DNA of 64,000 bases from Candidatus Peregrinibacteria bacterium GW2011_GWF2_39_17 (lineage in GTDB: Bacteria; Patescibacteriota; Gracilibacteria; UBA1369; UBA12473): contig LBWM01000003.1 of assembly GCA_000993615.1 (NCBI GenBank), forward strand, positions 16,125 through 80,124, written 5' to 3'. Made by a program: the position numbers and the translations under genes. Positions 9,529-22,496 of the stretch are shown here, in pieces (within the stretch, counting starts at the first letter, position 1; every line of letters starts with the position of its first letter). A model generated the notes under the pieces. The model ran no database searches. It saw nothing but the letters and a program-made list of their open reading frames with translations, and had not been told where the DNA came from.

Positions 9529-11619
9529 TTAATCCGCGAACTGGACATTTCTGGGTCGAAAAAATTGATTCACTTCTTCTGCAGAAGCAACGGAGTCATA
9601 ACCTTTATTGGAGGGAAAATATTCAGATCCTTCATAATGAAATAATCCATCTTCTTTTTGAACATACCAATCCTGTTTCATAACGGCCAAGGGTTTATCA
9701 GGATTTTGCGTATTGTAATATTTTAGTGTTGCGTGACGGTAAGCGATATAGGCCTTAGGCGGTGACGCTTTCCTGTCTAAGCCACAATCTGTAAGAACGT
9801 TAAATTCACCGACAGGGCCTCTCTGATGTGTTGGAAGCTTTTCAAGCATTTCTCGAACTTGACGATCTTCCGGGGATCCAAAACGGACTTGCTCTCCGGG
9901 GATAATTTCTCCCAGAGAAGGCTCCGTCTTTTCTCCCATTTCAGGTTTTACTCGCGTGGATTCACCGGGAGGGATCACACTCCCCCTTGATCCCTCATCG
10001 TATTCAGGCGAAGAAGGAATGCCCTCCTCTAACCTCTTAGTGGGCGTGGCATCCATCGAAATCCATTGGGTACCCTCCCAAATTTCAGCCCATCCGTGCC
10101 GCCCATCTCCCCCCGTTAAGATCGTTTTCCCATCGTGAGGAATGGCTCCATACCCTCCTAAACGACGGGCCGGAATCCCGATTTCGCGACACAATGCAAC
10201 AAAAAAGGTATTCGCGACATCGCAATCGGCCTTACGAGTCTGATCCAATCGTTTCATAAATTCCCTGCTCCCATTTTCGTGATAATACTCACTGACTGAC
10301 GCATCTTTTGAATAAAAAAATTGTTCAACTATAAATTCTTTGATTTTTTGGGCTTTCTCTAGGGGGCTCAAATCATCTCTCCTCCCCAATTCATCCACTA
10401 GAGCTTGAGTATCTTCTTGCAAAGGAGCTCCGCGTAAAATATCTTCCGTCTCAACGGACGAAGGAGGAGTATTCTCTTGATAAGTCTCATCTTTGCTAAA
10501 CTCCAAAGAATATTCCACCGGCAGTGCACTTCCAAAAATAAGATGCGCGATGCCGTACTGATCCTGCTTGACAATAACAGTAGTTCCAGGATTGGTGGTG
10601 ATGGAATCAGATTTTATTCTATATCCCTCGGGCAGAGGAATGATGATTTCTTGCCGCGCTTTTCCACTTAAGGTATGGATGTCCTCTAATCCTTCACCAA
10701 AAGCATAATCCGACAATGAGATTTCGTCTATTTCCCATTCCCGACCATTGTAAAGGCTATAAACTGTAGTCGTATAATTCCCTTCCAAGGGGGGAGAAAT
10801 TTCATAATACCACGCGCGTGGAGCAAGTACCTCCACCTCACGATCTTCTGATTCGGGATTCTCTTGTGATTTTGTGCTTTCATCTTCTGCGTTTTCCCTA
10901 TTTCTCTCCTCTGCCCCTCCTGCTTGCTCATTTTCCTCCCCCTCTTTCTCGCTTTCAGTCGCTTGACTGCTTTTCTCTTCTTTCCCTGGCTGCTCATCTA
11001 TTTCGGGTTTTTCCCCTGTTTCTTTTTCGCCTTCTTTCCTTATCCCTTCCTGGCCTTTTTCTCCACTACTGCCTTTCTTCTCTACTTTCCTTCCCGACTT
11101 ATCTGACTTTTTTGTATCTTTTCCCTTTTCTGAAGATTCATCTTTATTTGAAGGAAATAAATATCCATCAATCCTTTTTTCTCCCTTCTGCCCTACCACT
11201 TTGAGCTTCCATCGCCCAGCCTCCAGATAAACAGACAGAGTATCAGCGGGGTAGATTAAGGTAATATCTCCAACCGTGTCCTTATTTTCAGGGTTATTAC
11301 TCAAGTAATCCAAACAAAAAAACATCATTTGTTTAGAGGTTGGACTTTCAGATCCTCTTTTCCCCTTCTTAAATGCTTCTAGAAGCATTTTACTCACGGA
11401 AATTCCCTTCCGTTCAATCGCGTAATCATGCTCTGGACTTGCTACTTCCTTGAAAATTCCCTGTGCTAAATTGAGACGTTCCTGAGATAGTTCTCCTGCA
11501 AATGCTTCGCGATAAGAACGATACACCTCTTCCCTTTCCTCGGGATTCATCTTTACCCAATTAATTTTTGGTTTTTTATATTCCTTTCCGTGATAGGAGT
11601 GAGATTCTAATCGCGACAT
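9529..11619 (-). CDS. Transglutaminase-like domain protein with an acidic low-complexity linker
   Basis: ADCDVAN...GIPARRLGGY...HGWAEIW...WISMDATP (Transglut_core). Confidence 0.85.
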   Translation of the reverse strand: MSRLESHSYHGKEYKKPKINWVKMNPEEREEVYRSYREAFAGELSQERLNLAQGIFKEVASPEHDYAIERKGISVSKMLLEAFKKGKRGSESPTSKQMMFFCLDYLSNNPENKDTVGDITLIYPADTLSVYLEAGRWKLKVVGQKGEKRIDGYLFPSNKDESSEKGKDTKKSDKSGRKVEKKGSSGEKGQEGIRKEGEKETGEKPEIDEQPGKEEKSSQATESEKEGEENEQAGGAEERNRENAEDESTKSQENPESEDREVEVLAPRAWYYEISPPLEGNYTTTVYSLYNGREWEIDEISLSDYAFGEGLEDIHTLSGKARQEIIIPLPEGYRIKSDSITTNPGTTVIVKQDQYGIAHLIFGSALPVEYSLEFSKDETYQENTPPSSVETEDILRGAPLQEDTQALVDELGRRDDLSPLEKAQKIKEFIVEQFFYSKDASVSEYYHENGSREFMKRLDQTRKADCDVANTFFVALCREIGIPARRLGGYGAIPHDGKTILTGGDGRHGWAEIWEGTQWISMDATPTKRLEEGIPSSPEYDEGSRGSVIPPGESTRVKPEMGEKTEPSLGEIIPGEQVRFGSPEDRQVREMLEKLPTHQRGPVGEFNVLTDCGLDRKASPPKAYIAYRHATLKYYNTQNPDKPLAVMKQDWYVQKEDGLFHYEGSEYFPSNKGYDSVASAEEVNQFFRPRNVQFAD

Positions 11620-11640
11620 AAATTAAGGGCAAAGAAATCT

Positions 11641-11976
11641 TCAATATTTTAAATAATCACCCTTATTAGGCAAAGGAGGAGGGGTTGGGACTGGAGGATC
11701 TTTTGTTAATTTTTCCATAATTCTCATCCCTTCCGCATGACTGGCAGAATCCAATGGCTTTCCAAATTGTGACAAATTAGGATTTTTCACTCCCTCAAGT
11801 AACCCTTTTCCAATATCAACAACTCCTCGCAAAATTTTTCCCCATGAATAATCTGCATTCGGCTTTAGTTCATTAGCAACACGGGCCATCAATGTTTTTA
11901 ATTCCTTTTTTGTTCCAGGATTTCCTTTCTCTGTGCCATTTTCTAGTTTAGACGAAACAGAGAAATTATTTCCCAT
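11641..11976 (-). CDS. Hypothetical protein
   Basis: ORF co-oriented between gyrB and the transglutaminase gene. Start taken as MGNNF. Confidence 0.55.
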   Translation of the reverse strand: MGNNFSVSSKLENGTEKGNPGTKKELKTLMARVANELKPNADYSWGKILRGVVDIGKGLLEGVKNPNLSQFGKPLDSASHAEGMRIMEKLTKDPPVPTPPPLPNKGDYLKY

Positions 11977-12131
11977 CTGAGATTTTTCTTTAAGATAAAT
12001 TTTCAAATGCCAACTGGTATTAGTTAAAAAATGATTAAATTTGGTTGATAACATAAAAAAAGGCTAAAAATATATCTTTTAATTATACCTTGTTTTTTAA
12101 CTAAAATCCAGAAATTTTAACCTAAATACCC

Positions 12132-14060
<1,929 letters not shown>

Positions 14061-14114
14061 TTAATCGGACGCAATCTAGCATAAAAATAGCGAAGGGGGA
14101 ACTTGATTTTTTTA

Positions 14115-16586
14115 TTATTCACCCAAAAAAGCAGACGCAACTTCTTCTGCTAAATTAGTAACGGCAATGTCACCTACCGTAAACTCATAATCGTCATAAG
14201 TGGCTGTAATTCCAGAGGCCATTCGTTCGTTGGCCGCATAACTGAAATTTACCTTAAATACCTTTCCCTGACTCGATATTTCAGATGCAATGATAAAAAT
14301 ATTTTTTTCTAAATCCGCAATCGTAATACCCGTCTCCGAGATTATTAATCCAACGTTATTTACTAAATCTTCACGTACCAAATTCAGAGCTAATGTTTCG
14401 GCTGAGGATGAAGAGGAAGAGGAGGTTTCTCCATTTGTTTCTTGGGATTGAATAGTTACTCCGGTACTAGTCTGCGATTGCGTAAACTCAATTACGGCTT
14501 GTTTTAAATTTTCAAGCTTAACACCAACCGAAAAGGCCTGACCATCAATTTTAAAATCATAAATAATGCCAGTAACACGATCATAATTACCTTTAATTGG
14601 AGTTAAATTTACTCGTCCTCCTTCAATACTAAATAATCGATAATCAGGATCTCCCAAGGGATAGAGCGCCACAAAATAGATTCCTTCCTGGTTAAAAGCC
14701 TTCTCGCTTTGAATTATGGCTTCATCAAGTGTGATTGAAGACTGTGGTACCTCCTGATTCTTCAAACTTCTAATATAGAGGATAAGCTCAGCCAAATCTT
14801 GCTCCTTTGCTAAGTAAGTAGCATACTTTTCCTCAAAAGTTCCTTGATCGGCTAATCGATAATCTGAAGATCCAATAAATTGAAATTCTAATCCTAATTC
14901 GGCTAGCTGCGAAACAAAATAATCCATAATTGCGGTTTTATTGGTAATATCTTTTAACATCTCTTGAGCATCAGCAAGCAACAAATAACCTAAATCTGTG
15001 CCAGTTTCGATACTCACCTTTTTTTGGTCAATTAAAGCTATCAAGCGGTTCAAAACTCGTATTTTATCCTGAATAAAAGCCTGACGAGCTTCGTTTAAGC
15101 TTGATTCATCTGCTGTGAAGGAAATAATCGTATCTTCCAATTGAGTTAAAACGGCGTATAGATTTACCTGATAGAAGGTATCTTCGCGGTATAAAAGATT
15201 TTGTAAAATTTGCCTTTCTTCGGTTAGGGTTTTTATCCAATCCACTAATTTGGTTCTTTCCTTCTGAATTAAGGTTAACCACCCTTTATTGTAATCGACA
15301 AGTGCTTGTTTTCCTCTTGCTAACTCACCCTGCCCTAATAAATCATAGATTTCGTTTAAACGATCACGAGAAATAGAAAGTTGCAAGCTTAAGCGAGTAT
15401 CGCTAGCTGCTAATTCCGCATTAATAGCTCTCAGCGTTTCCTTGGCCGAATAAAATTTGTCTCCCCACAAAACTGCTTGAAAAACATGACTCAAGGGTTT
15501 TAATTTTTCTTGATTTTTTATGTTCATGCCTTGTTTAAATTGATTTAGCCGAGCAAGCCCTGCATCTTCTTTCCCCTGACTCATTAAATAAAGAGCCTGA
15601 TATAGAATTTGCAAAGTTTCATCTTCTTCAAGTGTAAAAAGATGCTGCTTATCGAGAGTTAACCAGTTGCGGATAATTTTGTAATACGAAAAAAATGTAT
15701 ATTTTAAAGTACCTTGAGTATACCCCGCATCTCCTTCTCGCCGTAACTTACTAATAAAATCACTTTTCTTTTGATTTAAACGATCTAAATCTGTTTTTAG
15801 AGCTATTGACCAACTTTGATCCTCATTTTCAGGAGAAACATACAGAGAAGGATATTCCTTTGTTAACTTGGTATATTGTAGCTGTTCAATTTGCGGATTC
15901 AAACGCTTTTCATTAATTTCAACCTGATAAGATTCAGTTAATAAATAATCATTTAAAACATTCTTCTTATCTGTATCATCTAAAAAAGTTAATCTTACCG
16001 GATGATGGGCTGCAAATACATTAACTAGCGCATCTTTATAACTAATAAGAGACGAAGCTTTTTCTGGGTTGATTTTTATTCGATTAGTGACCACGTCGAT
16101 AGCGGCCCGACCCTGAATCGTACTTATCCAAACCGATCCGGCATGAAGAATAATTTTAAGCTGCATGGGATCAGTTCGCAAATTAACCTCCTGGAAAACA
16201 ACTTCCGTATTAGGTAATAACCGGATTAAGTCTGAAGAATCAAAAAAAATACCTAGTTCACTACTATTTTCAGTCCTAAAAGTGACTCCGGAAGCCAATG
16301 GGATTCCTTGCTCAAAAGGTTCAAAAAGAGAAGTATCAGTGATGCTAGATGCGGTAGTGACTGGCGCTTGATCCGTTTTGGTTAGGATTGAAACTTTACC
16401 TTTTACCACATATTCAACCAAAGCCTTCTGATCTTCGGGGCCTCCCTTAAAATGCTGTTCTCCCCAAATTGACATTAAAAAAAATCCCAGCGCTAAAACC
16501 ATCAAGAATAAGAGGACTGAAATGCTTAACGGTTTAAGAAAAACAGCTTTATTTTGGGAAGAAATCAGAGGATCAGAGGAGGGCAT
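14115..16586 (-). CDS. Membrane-anchored protein with a FecR-like N-terminal domain and long helical region
   Basis: N-terminal TM helix, then G..FRT..NS...F..SDLIRL.PNTEV...L..GSVW (FecR-like). Confidence 0.6.
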   Translation of the reverse strand: MPSSDPLISSQNKAVFLKPLSISVLLFLMVLALGFFLMSIWGEQHFKGGPEDQKALVEYVVKGKVSILTKTDQAPVTTASSITDTSLFEPFEQGIPLASGVTFRTENSSELGIFFDSSDLIRLLPNTEVVFQEVNLRTDPMQLKIILHAGSVWISTIQGRAAIDVVTNRIKINPEKASSLISYKDALVNVFAAHHPVRLTFLDDTDKKNVLNDYLLTESYQVEINEKRLNPQIEQLQYTKLTKEYPSLYVSPENEDQSWSIALKTDLDRLNQKKSDFISKLRREGDAGYTQGTLKYTFFSYYKIIRNWLTLDKQHLFTLEEDETLQILYQALYLMSQGKEDAGLARLNQFKQGMNIKNQEKLKPLSHVFQAVLWGDKFYSAKETLRAINAELAASDTRLSLQLSISRDRLNEIYDLLGQGELARGKQALVDYNKGWLTLIQKERTKLVDWIKTLTEERQILQNLLYREDTFYQVNLYAVLTQLEDTIISFTADESSLNEARQAFIQDKIRVLNRLIALIDQKKVSIETGTDLGYLLLADAQEMLKDITNKTAIMDYFVSQLAELGLEFQFIGSSDYRLADQGTFEEKYATYLAKEQDLAELILYIRSLKNQEVPQSSITLDEAIIQSEKAFNQEGIYFVALYPLGDPDYRLFSIEGGRVNLTPIKGNYDRVTGIIYDFKIDGQAFSVGVKLENLKQAVIEFTQSQTSTGVTIQSQETNGETSSSSSSSAETLALNLVREDLVNNVGLIISETGITIADLEKNIFIIASEISSQGKVFKVNFSYAANERMASGITATYDDYEFTVGDIAVTNLAEEVASAFLGE

Positions 16587-16756
16587 TTTTTATACCTTAC
16601 ATTAATTTTACATGACTTATTTATTATAACACTTTTTTTAATATTTCGCCTTAGAATTTTCTAAAAAATGAATTCTACTGACCTTTGAATTTCAAAATAC
16701 GATTGCCTTTAAAAAAGGCTTGTGTACAATGAAATCCATTATTTAATTTTTAAAAA

Positions 16757-18538
16757 ATGAATTCACGTTCTTACCTTACGCGGTCTTTGGGACTTTTTTT
16801 AATCTTGTTACTAACAACTTTAGGGTGCGGTATTTCTCAAGTACAGGCAACCTTCCGGGATACGGAAACTACACCATATCAAGAGGCTATTGATTATTTG
16901 CAATCCCAAGGATCAATTCAAGGTTATCGCAATGGCACGGAATTTCAGCCAAACGCTGCTATTAATTTAGCCTCTTTTCTTAAAATAGCCTTAACCAACT
17001 TTGGCTTTGACCCACAAGCCAATCGGATTAGTCGTGTTCTTAATCCTTTTACGGATATTCCGCAAAAAGCCTGGTTTGCTTCTTATTTTCAGCGAGGTTG
17101 GGAAATTAACATGCTGAACAACACGACGACTATTAATCCCGGAAAATCGCTTACTAGAGCTGAGGGCGTGCAATTAATTTTAAAATTATTAAATATCAAT
17201 ACTCCACGGGTAATAAGCGCTGATGAATGGTCTTCTGATTACCTGGACGTGGATTCACAATCATGGTTTGCGCCAATTGTTTTTTATGGTCAAAATTATG
17301 AATTACTAACAAATTTGTCTCCCGATAACAGCCGCTACTTTCGCCCACACGATTTTTTAACTAGAGGAGAAGCAGCTCAACTTATTTACAACATGGATTT
17401 ATTCCTTTATAAAACCGCGCTTAAATTTAACATAAGCGAATCCTTACTGGACGAAAATCTAAATTTTGTAATTCCCAATCTTGATTTATTTGTAGATGTT
17501 TGGAATCGGGTAAATCATAACTACTACAAAACTGAAGAGATTGACCAAAATACCTTAATTTACCAGGCTATTAAGGGGATGGTAAATGGGCTAGGAGATG
17601 CCCATAGTGTCTTTTTTAATCCTGAAGAAACCGGTGAATTCACTCAAGCCATTGAGGGTAAATTTGGCGGGATCGGGGTCTTTTTAAGAAAAACAGATGA
17701 TGGCCTAAGAATAGAGGGTTTTGTAATTAATTCTCCGGCTGAAGCCTCGGGCCTCAAATATGATGATTTAATCATTGGGGTTGACGACGTACTTTTTACA
17801 AACCAATCAGTGGACACCATTACGAACATGATTAAGGGTGATCCAAACACGAATGTAACCCTGATTATTAAACGAGAAGGCGCATCAACACCTCTAAAAT
17901 TCGTAATTACCAGGGAAATTATTGACCTTGGAGTTATGCAGGGAGAAATGAAAAATAATGCTATTTATGTGGATATCAATACTTTTGACCAAAATGGAGC
18001 AGTTGATTTTGAAACAACCATTAAGAATCTCATTTCCAAAAATTCCAACTTTAAAGGATTTATATTCGACTTGCGTAATAATGGAGGTGGCTACCTTTCG
18101 ACGGTGCACCAAATGCTTGGTCATTTTATTCCAAATGGAGATCCTGTGGTTTACGAAGAATTTAGGTCGGATTATCTACTGATCTACTCCTCACTTGGCC
18201 AAGGAGAATGGCGAAATTATCCAATTGTCATCTTAATTAACGAAGGAACGGCTTCAGCTTCAGAGATTATGGCTTTGGCACTTAAAGAAAAAAACAACGC
18301 AGTTTTAGTTGGAACAAAAAGTTATGGCAAGGGTACGGTCCAAAATGTGTATCCCTATTCTGATGGCTCTCAACTTAATTTAACAGTGGCCAAGTGGTTG
18401 AGTCCACTCATGAACAATATTGATGGAGTTGGAATTACTCCGGACTATGTTGTTACTCAAACCCAAGAAGACCTGAAAAATAATCGTGACCCTCAATTAG
18501 AAAAGGCTTTAGAAATTTTCAAGGGACTTACACGCTAA
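16757..18538 (+). CDS. S41 (CtpA-like) carboxy-terminal protease with SLH and PDZ domains
   Basis: Signal peptide, SLH-like repeats (FTDIPQKAWF, LTRGEAA), GGIGV PDZ, DLRNNGGG, TASASE, SYGKG. Confidence 0.92.
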   Translation: MNSRSYLTRSLGLFLILLLTTLGCGISQVQATFRDTETTPYQEAIDYLQSQGSIQGYRNGTEFQPNAAINLASFLKIALTNFGFDPQANRISRVLNPFTDIPQKAWFASYFQRGWEINMLNNTTTINPGKSLTRAEGVQLILKLLNINTPRVISADEWSSDYLDVDSQSWFAPIVFYGQNYELLTNLSPDNSRYFRPHDFLTRGEAAQLIYNMDLFLYKTALKFNISESLLDENLNFVIPNLDLFVDVWNRVNHNYYKTEEIDQNTLIYQAIKGMVNGLGDAHSVFFNPEETGEFTQAIEGKFGGIGVFLRKTDDGLRIEGFVINSPAEASGLKYDDLIIGVDDVLFTNQSVDTITNMIKGDPNTNVTLIIKREGASTPLKFVITREIIDLGVMQGEMKNNAIYVDINTFDQNGAVDFETTIKNLISKNSNFKGFIFDLRNNGGGYLSTVHQMLGHFIPNGDPVVYEEFRSDYLLIYSSLGQGEWRNYPIVILINEGTASASEIMALALKEKNNAVLVGTKSYGKGTVQNVYPYSDGSQLNLTVAKWLSPLMNNIDGVGITPDYVVTQTQEDLKNNRDPQLEKALEIFKGLTR

Positions 18539-18567
18539 AATGGACAAGCCTGTCTTTAAAAGCGCTA

Positions 18568-19080
18568 CTAAGCTCCAAATAAACCTGCCAGAAACCGTAT
18601 CTTGAGGCGCGAGTTTCGACGGTGTAGGGATCTTGGTTTTCTAATAAAACCCCTTATCTGATTTTGATGTTGAATAAGGAATAGACGCCAATTTTTTTTG
18701 AGCCAATTTTTTTGAAAAAGGAGATCTTGCCCAAAGCCGCGTGCCTTGAGTTCCTTATCGACAACTCCTCCGGCATGTGGTGTACAAAATTTTTGTTCAA
18801 GTGGAGAGCTAAATCCATGCACATAATGTACTAGTTCATGTGCGATGGTAAGATCTACTACAATCAGAGGGATTTTTTCAATTTGAAATAAACGATTTAT
18901 TAAAATGCGTGATTTTTTTTTGTCGCGTAATAAACGAATTGAACCAAGCCTGGTACGAGCTGCTTGTCCAAATTTAATTTCGATTTTATTAGCTGGGATA
19001 AGATCAGAGAATCCCCTTTCTAGTACCTGGTGCATTCTATCTTCCAACCATTTTTGATTACGCGGAGATGATTTTTCCAT
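18568..19080 (-). CDS. SprT-like zinc metalloprotein
   Basis: TRLGSI...TIAHELVH...PH. Start could be at 19098. Confidence 0.7.
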   Translation of the reverse strand: MEKSSPRNQKWLEDRMHQVLERGFSDLIPANKIEIKFGQAARTRLGSIRLLRDKKKSRILINRLFQIEKIPLIVVDLTIAHELVHYVHGFSSPLEQKFCTPHAGGVVDKELKARGFGQDLLFQKNWLKKNWRLFLIQHQNQIRGFIRKPRSLHRRNSRLKIRFLAGLFGA

Positions 19081-19125
19081 CAAGAAAAACCTTCGCATAG
19101 TTTTTATAATTCCTCAAGAGCATCG

Positions 19126-21168
19126 CTACCGGATTTTCGCCTGTTGCTCTTGCTGAAAAAGTAACTGCTTCGGATTAGTTGTAATGATCTTGTCTTCACT
19201 GTAAGAAGCAATAATTTGAATAGCCACATGCTTAAGGCCGGCGAAAAACAAACCTTGCCCCACACCGCTGTTTAAAAGCATATACTTCTCCCCTTCAGTT
19301 AAGTTGAAAACTTTGGCTAAACTATCAATTATGGAAGGTGATTGCTTGAGCAAAAGTTGAATTGAAGAATTACTAACAATAGGCTTGCCATACGAACTGG
19401 AAATAAAATCCTCCACATCCTGCGTGATGGTAGTGACACCAAGATAATATTTTCGTGCTCTTTTCACTAATCCGAATAAAAATTTCGCAGAATCTTCATG
19501 CTGCATCATTGTCCAGGCCTCATCAATTACTAAAATACGACGTTTCAAAGTGCTGCGGACGCGATTCCAAATATAATTAAGGATGATATACATAGCAATT
19601 GGTCTTAGAGAATCTTCTAAATCGCGAATTGAAAAAACAACTAACCCGTTATCAAGAGTGACGTTTGTAGACTTATTAAAAAGGCCAGCAAAAGTACCGG
19701 TAGTATATTTTTGGATTCTTTGTGCCATTTCCGTGGCTCCATCCATAGCAGACAAAACATTATAAAAATCATCCATGGTTGGCGCCTCAAAAGCGGCCGG
19801 ATCTGGAGTTTCCATAGTAATTCCTTTAGTGGCATACGTATCAAGTAAAGCCTTATCAATAAGAGCCTCCTCCGAAGCAGTTAAATTTCCGAACATTAGT
19901 TTCATTAAACCAGTTAAATCAATAATTGCGGATCTCAATAAATCTCCTGGCCTTAATTCGTCATCATCTAACGGACGAGGTAAATCAAAAGGATTAATGC
20001 GACGATCAGAGTTAAGAGAAACTTTTAAATAACTACCTCCCACAGTTTGAGCTAAAGCCTCATATTCGTTCTCTGGATCAATAACAATAACGTCAGTCCC
20101 AGTCATCAGGCTTCTCAAAATTTCTAATTTTACGCCATAAGATTTACCGGCGCCTGATTTGGCAAAAACGACCGCATTGGCATTTTCAAGTGAAAAGCGA
20201 TCAAAAATAATCAAACTATCATTATGCCGATTAAGGCCATACAAAATACCTTCATTGGAAGTTAAATCAGCGGAAATAAAAGGAAAAGTACTGGAAAGAG
20301 GAGAAGTATTCATATTGTGGTTAACCTCCAATTCATCAGACGCAATTGGGAGAGTGGAATTAAATCCGTGCTCCATCCGAAGATCAGATCTCCTGGTTAA
20401 AACTAATTTCCCGCCCAGTAGGCTTTCTAATTGTTTGGTAATTTTCTCCAAATTTTTAAGATCATGATGATAAACTGTAAAATACAATCCAAATTGGAAA
20501 AATTTTTCTTCACCCCGCTGCAAATCAGTCCGTAATTGTTCGGCATCCTCAAGGGCGGTTTCCAAAGCAGGATCTCGAACTTGTCCTTTATCCCGGGCCA
20601 TCCTAATACTTGATTGAAAACGGGCAACTTGACCTCTTAAAATCTTCATAATTCGATCCGAGGAAATCGGATAAATAAACTGCGCCATATCAAGAGTTAC
20701 ATCAAAATTAACCACCGGAGACAGCCAATTGGTTTCAATGTAGCGAGGATAGGTATAGACAAAAAAGCTTTCGGTAAAAAGTCCGTCAACAAGCAGATGA
20801 TTAAAAGTAACTTCCATGGAAGAAGGAGCAATAAGATCTCTGATTGTGGCAATACCCTGCTGGAAAATCTTCTCCGCTTCGATAATTTTTTTCTTATCAG
20901 TAATTGAAATTTTCGTATAATCAGATTCACCAGAGCTATTCTTGGGAAGATTCTCGATAAGAGTAGAAGAAATTTCCTTGCTTAACTGTGAACTATTTTG
21001 CTCTTTTGCGATTATACTCTTGGCCTTATTAGCCTCAACCCTAGCCTGCCATTTGGCCTTTAAGTTCCCAATAAAACCTTGAGCCGGCTTAGCTGATGCT
21101 TGGCTTTGGATCGAGCTTTGGGGTTGATTCTCGGTTTGATTCTGAATTTGGGGGTTGAAATCAGCCAT
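19126..21168 (-). CDS. VirB4/TraC-like ATPase
   Basis: Walker A AKSGAGKS, IDPENEY, Walker B VIDEAW, RARKY, ITQD. Confidence 0.9.
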   Translation of the reverse strand: MADFNPQIQNQTENQPQSSIQSQASAKPAQGFIGNLKAKWQARVEANKAKSIIAKEQNSSQLSKEISSTLIENLPKNSSGESDYTKISITDKKKIIEAEKIFQQGIATIRDLIAPSSMEVTFNHLLVDGLFTESFFVYTYPRYIETNWLSPVVNFDVTLDMAQFIYPISSDRIMKILRGQVARFQSSIRMARDKGQVRDPALETALEDAEQLRTDLQRGEEKFFQFGLYFTVYHHDLKNLEKITKQLESLLGGKLVLTRRSDLRMEHGFNSTLPIASDELEVNHNMNTSPLSSTFPFISADLTSNEGILYGLNRHNDSLIIFDRFSLENANAVVFAKSGAGKSYGVKLEILRSLMTGTDVIVIDPENEYEALAQTVGGSYLKVSLNSDRRINPFDLPRPLDDDELRPGDLLRSAIIDLTGLMKLMFGNLTASEEALIDKALLDTYATKGITMETPDPAAFEAPTMDDFYNVLSAMDGATEMAQRIQKYTTGTFAGLFNKSTNVTLDNGLVVFSIRDLEDSLRPIAMYIILNYIWNRVRSTLKRRILVIDEAWTMMQHEDSAKFLFGLVKRARKYYLGVTTITQDVEDFISSSYGKPIVSNSSIQLLLKQSPSIIDSLAKVFNLTEGEKYMLLNSGVGQGLFFAGLKHVAIQIIASYSEDKIITTNPKQLLFQQEQQAKIR

Positions 21169-21229
21169 AAACAACTAAATAAACAGATTTAATAAAATCT
21201 GGATAGTATAGCAAATTTTTAGCTAAAAC

Positions 21230-22363
21230 TCAAGCCTGTGACCGCTTTTCCTTTGCTTCATTCTGAATCCTTATGGCCTCATTTGTACGAACTTCATTTA
21301 GCCAACTTGCGGAAAAAACAAAATTTCGACCCTTTCCCGAAGCTATCTCAAAGTCCGAATCTCCCCATATTCGACCTTGTCTATCATGCGGAAGATGCTT
21401 AGCCACTAATTCAGCTAAATTAGACTGACCGTCAAGAGTTACGCTCGCCTCCTCCAAAATTTCCTTATAATGCTCTGCCTCTTTCCTTTTTTCTTTATCA
21501 TGACTAAAAACAATTGTGGCGACACCAGCGCTAAGTGTTACTCCAATAATTATATGTTGAATATGATTTTGATCATGAACAACAAAAGACTGCTTTTCTA
21601 CTAAACTTCTAGCTCGGTTAGCAACACTTAATCCCGCATCATTGTTTTCATTCAACAAAATACTAAATTCATCTCCACCCAAACGGGCCATAATGACGCC
21701 ATCCGTATCGCGTAATGATTTTTTAACCAAAAGTGCCACCTGACTAATAATTTCATCTCCAGCATTTTGCCCATATTGATCATTAATATCTTTAAATTTA
21801 TCAACATCAAAAAAAATTTGGGTACAAACTCCACCTTGACGCTGCCTGGCAGATAAAATTCTTTCCCGAGCACGAGTCCAGGCAGTTTTATTTAAAATTC
21901 CCGTACCGCAATATGGATCATAATTTTCTATTTTAGCAGTATCATAAGCTCGAGCAAACGACATCATAATTTCATCTCTGACTCTGCTTAGTTCCACCTC
22001 TCTTTGGGTATTAATATCAAATAAATTGGCCCAATTGGGAGATAATTTTTGAAATAAAACATCCCTGAACCCTCTAATTTCCTTCTCAATTAAATTCAGG
22101 TATTTTCCGTAACGTTGATCTACTAAAAAAGTTATTAGTTGCTGTAAATTTGCCACACTTCGCGCGTAATTTTCTTCACCAGCATTCTTAAAATCTCGAA
22201 TCAAATCACGGCAACAGTTCAAAAATTCCGCAAAGTCGGCTGTAATCGCCATAACTAAAGCAGCTTCAAAATTTTGATGTTTATTATTTTGTAGTTCTTC
22301 TATATTAATTTGAGCCTGCGGGACTCCTTCCAAAATTGAAGCAAAAGAAATTTTTTCGACCAA
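21230..22363 (-). CDS. Diguanylate cyclase (GGDEF)
   Basis: DVDKFKDINDQYG..AGD and RLGGDEF. TTG start uncertain. Confidence 0.88.
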   Translation of the reverse strand: MVEKISFASILEGVPQAQINIEELQNNKHQNFEAALVMAITADFAEFLNCCRDLIRDFKNAGEENYARSVANLQQLITFLVDQRYGKYLNLIEKEIRGFRDVLFQKLSPNWANLFDINTQREVELSRVRDEIMMSFARAYDTAKIENYDPYCGTGILNKTAWTRARERILSARQRQGGVCTQIFFDVDKFKDINDQYGQNAGDEIISQVALLVKKSLRDTDGVIMARLGGDEFSILLNENNDAGLSVANRARSLVEKQSFVVHDQNHIQHIIIGVTLSAGVATIVFSHDKEKRKEAEHYKEILEEASVTLDGQSNLAELVAKHLPHDRQGRIWGDSDFEIASGKGRNFVFSASWLNEVRTNEAIRIQNEAKEKRSQA

Positions 22364-22392
22364 AGGATAGGTTTTAGTGCAAATAAGTTTTT

Positions 22393-22420
22393 ATTATAAT
22401 AATTTTTTATATTTTGTCAA
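22393..22420 (-). promoter_or_regulatory. Consensus sigma70 promoter for the GGDEF gene
   Basis: Minus strand TTGACA-16 nt-TATAAT. Confidence 0.6.
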
Positions 22421-22496
22421 CATTCTCTGTCTAAAATTTCCTTCCTTTTATGGTAGAGTACGAAAGATTTATCATTACTAAACACTCTCAATTCTC

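Noticed and set aside
10728..11204. Leu/Phe/Ser-rich and Lys/Arg-rich alternative ORFs
   Set aside because: Shadows of the Glu/Lys-rich linker of the transglutaminase gene
19126..21168. Conjugative element (ICE) around the VirB4-like gene
   Set aside because: No relaxase, coupling protein, integrase or att repeats nearby; it sits among core genes
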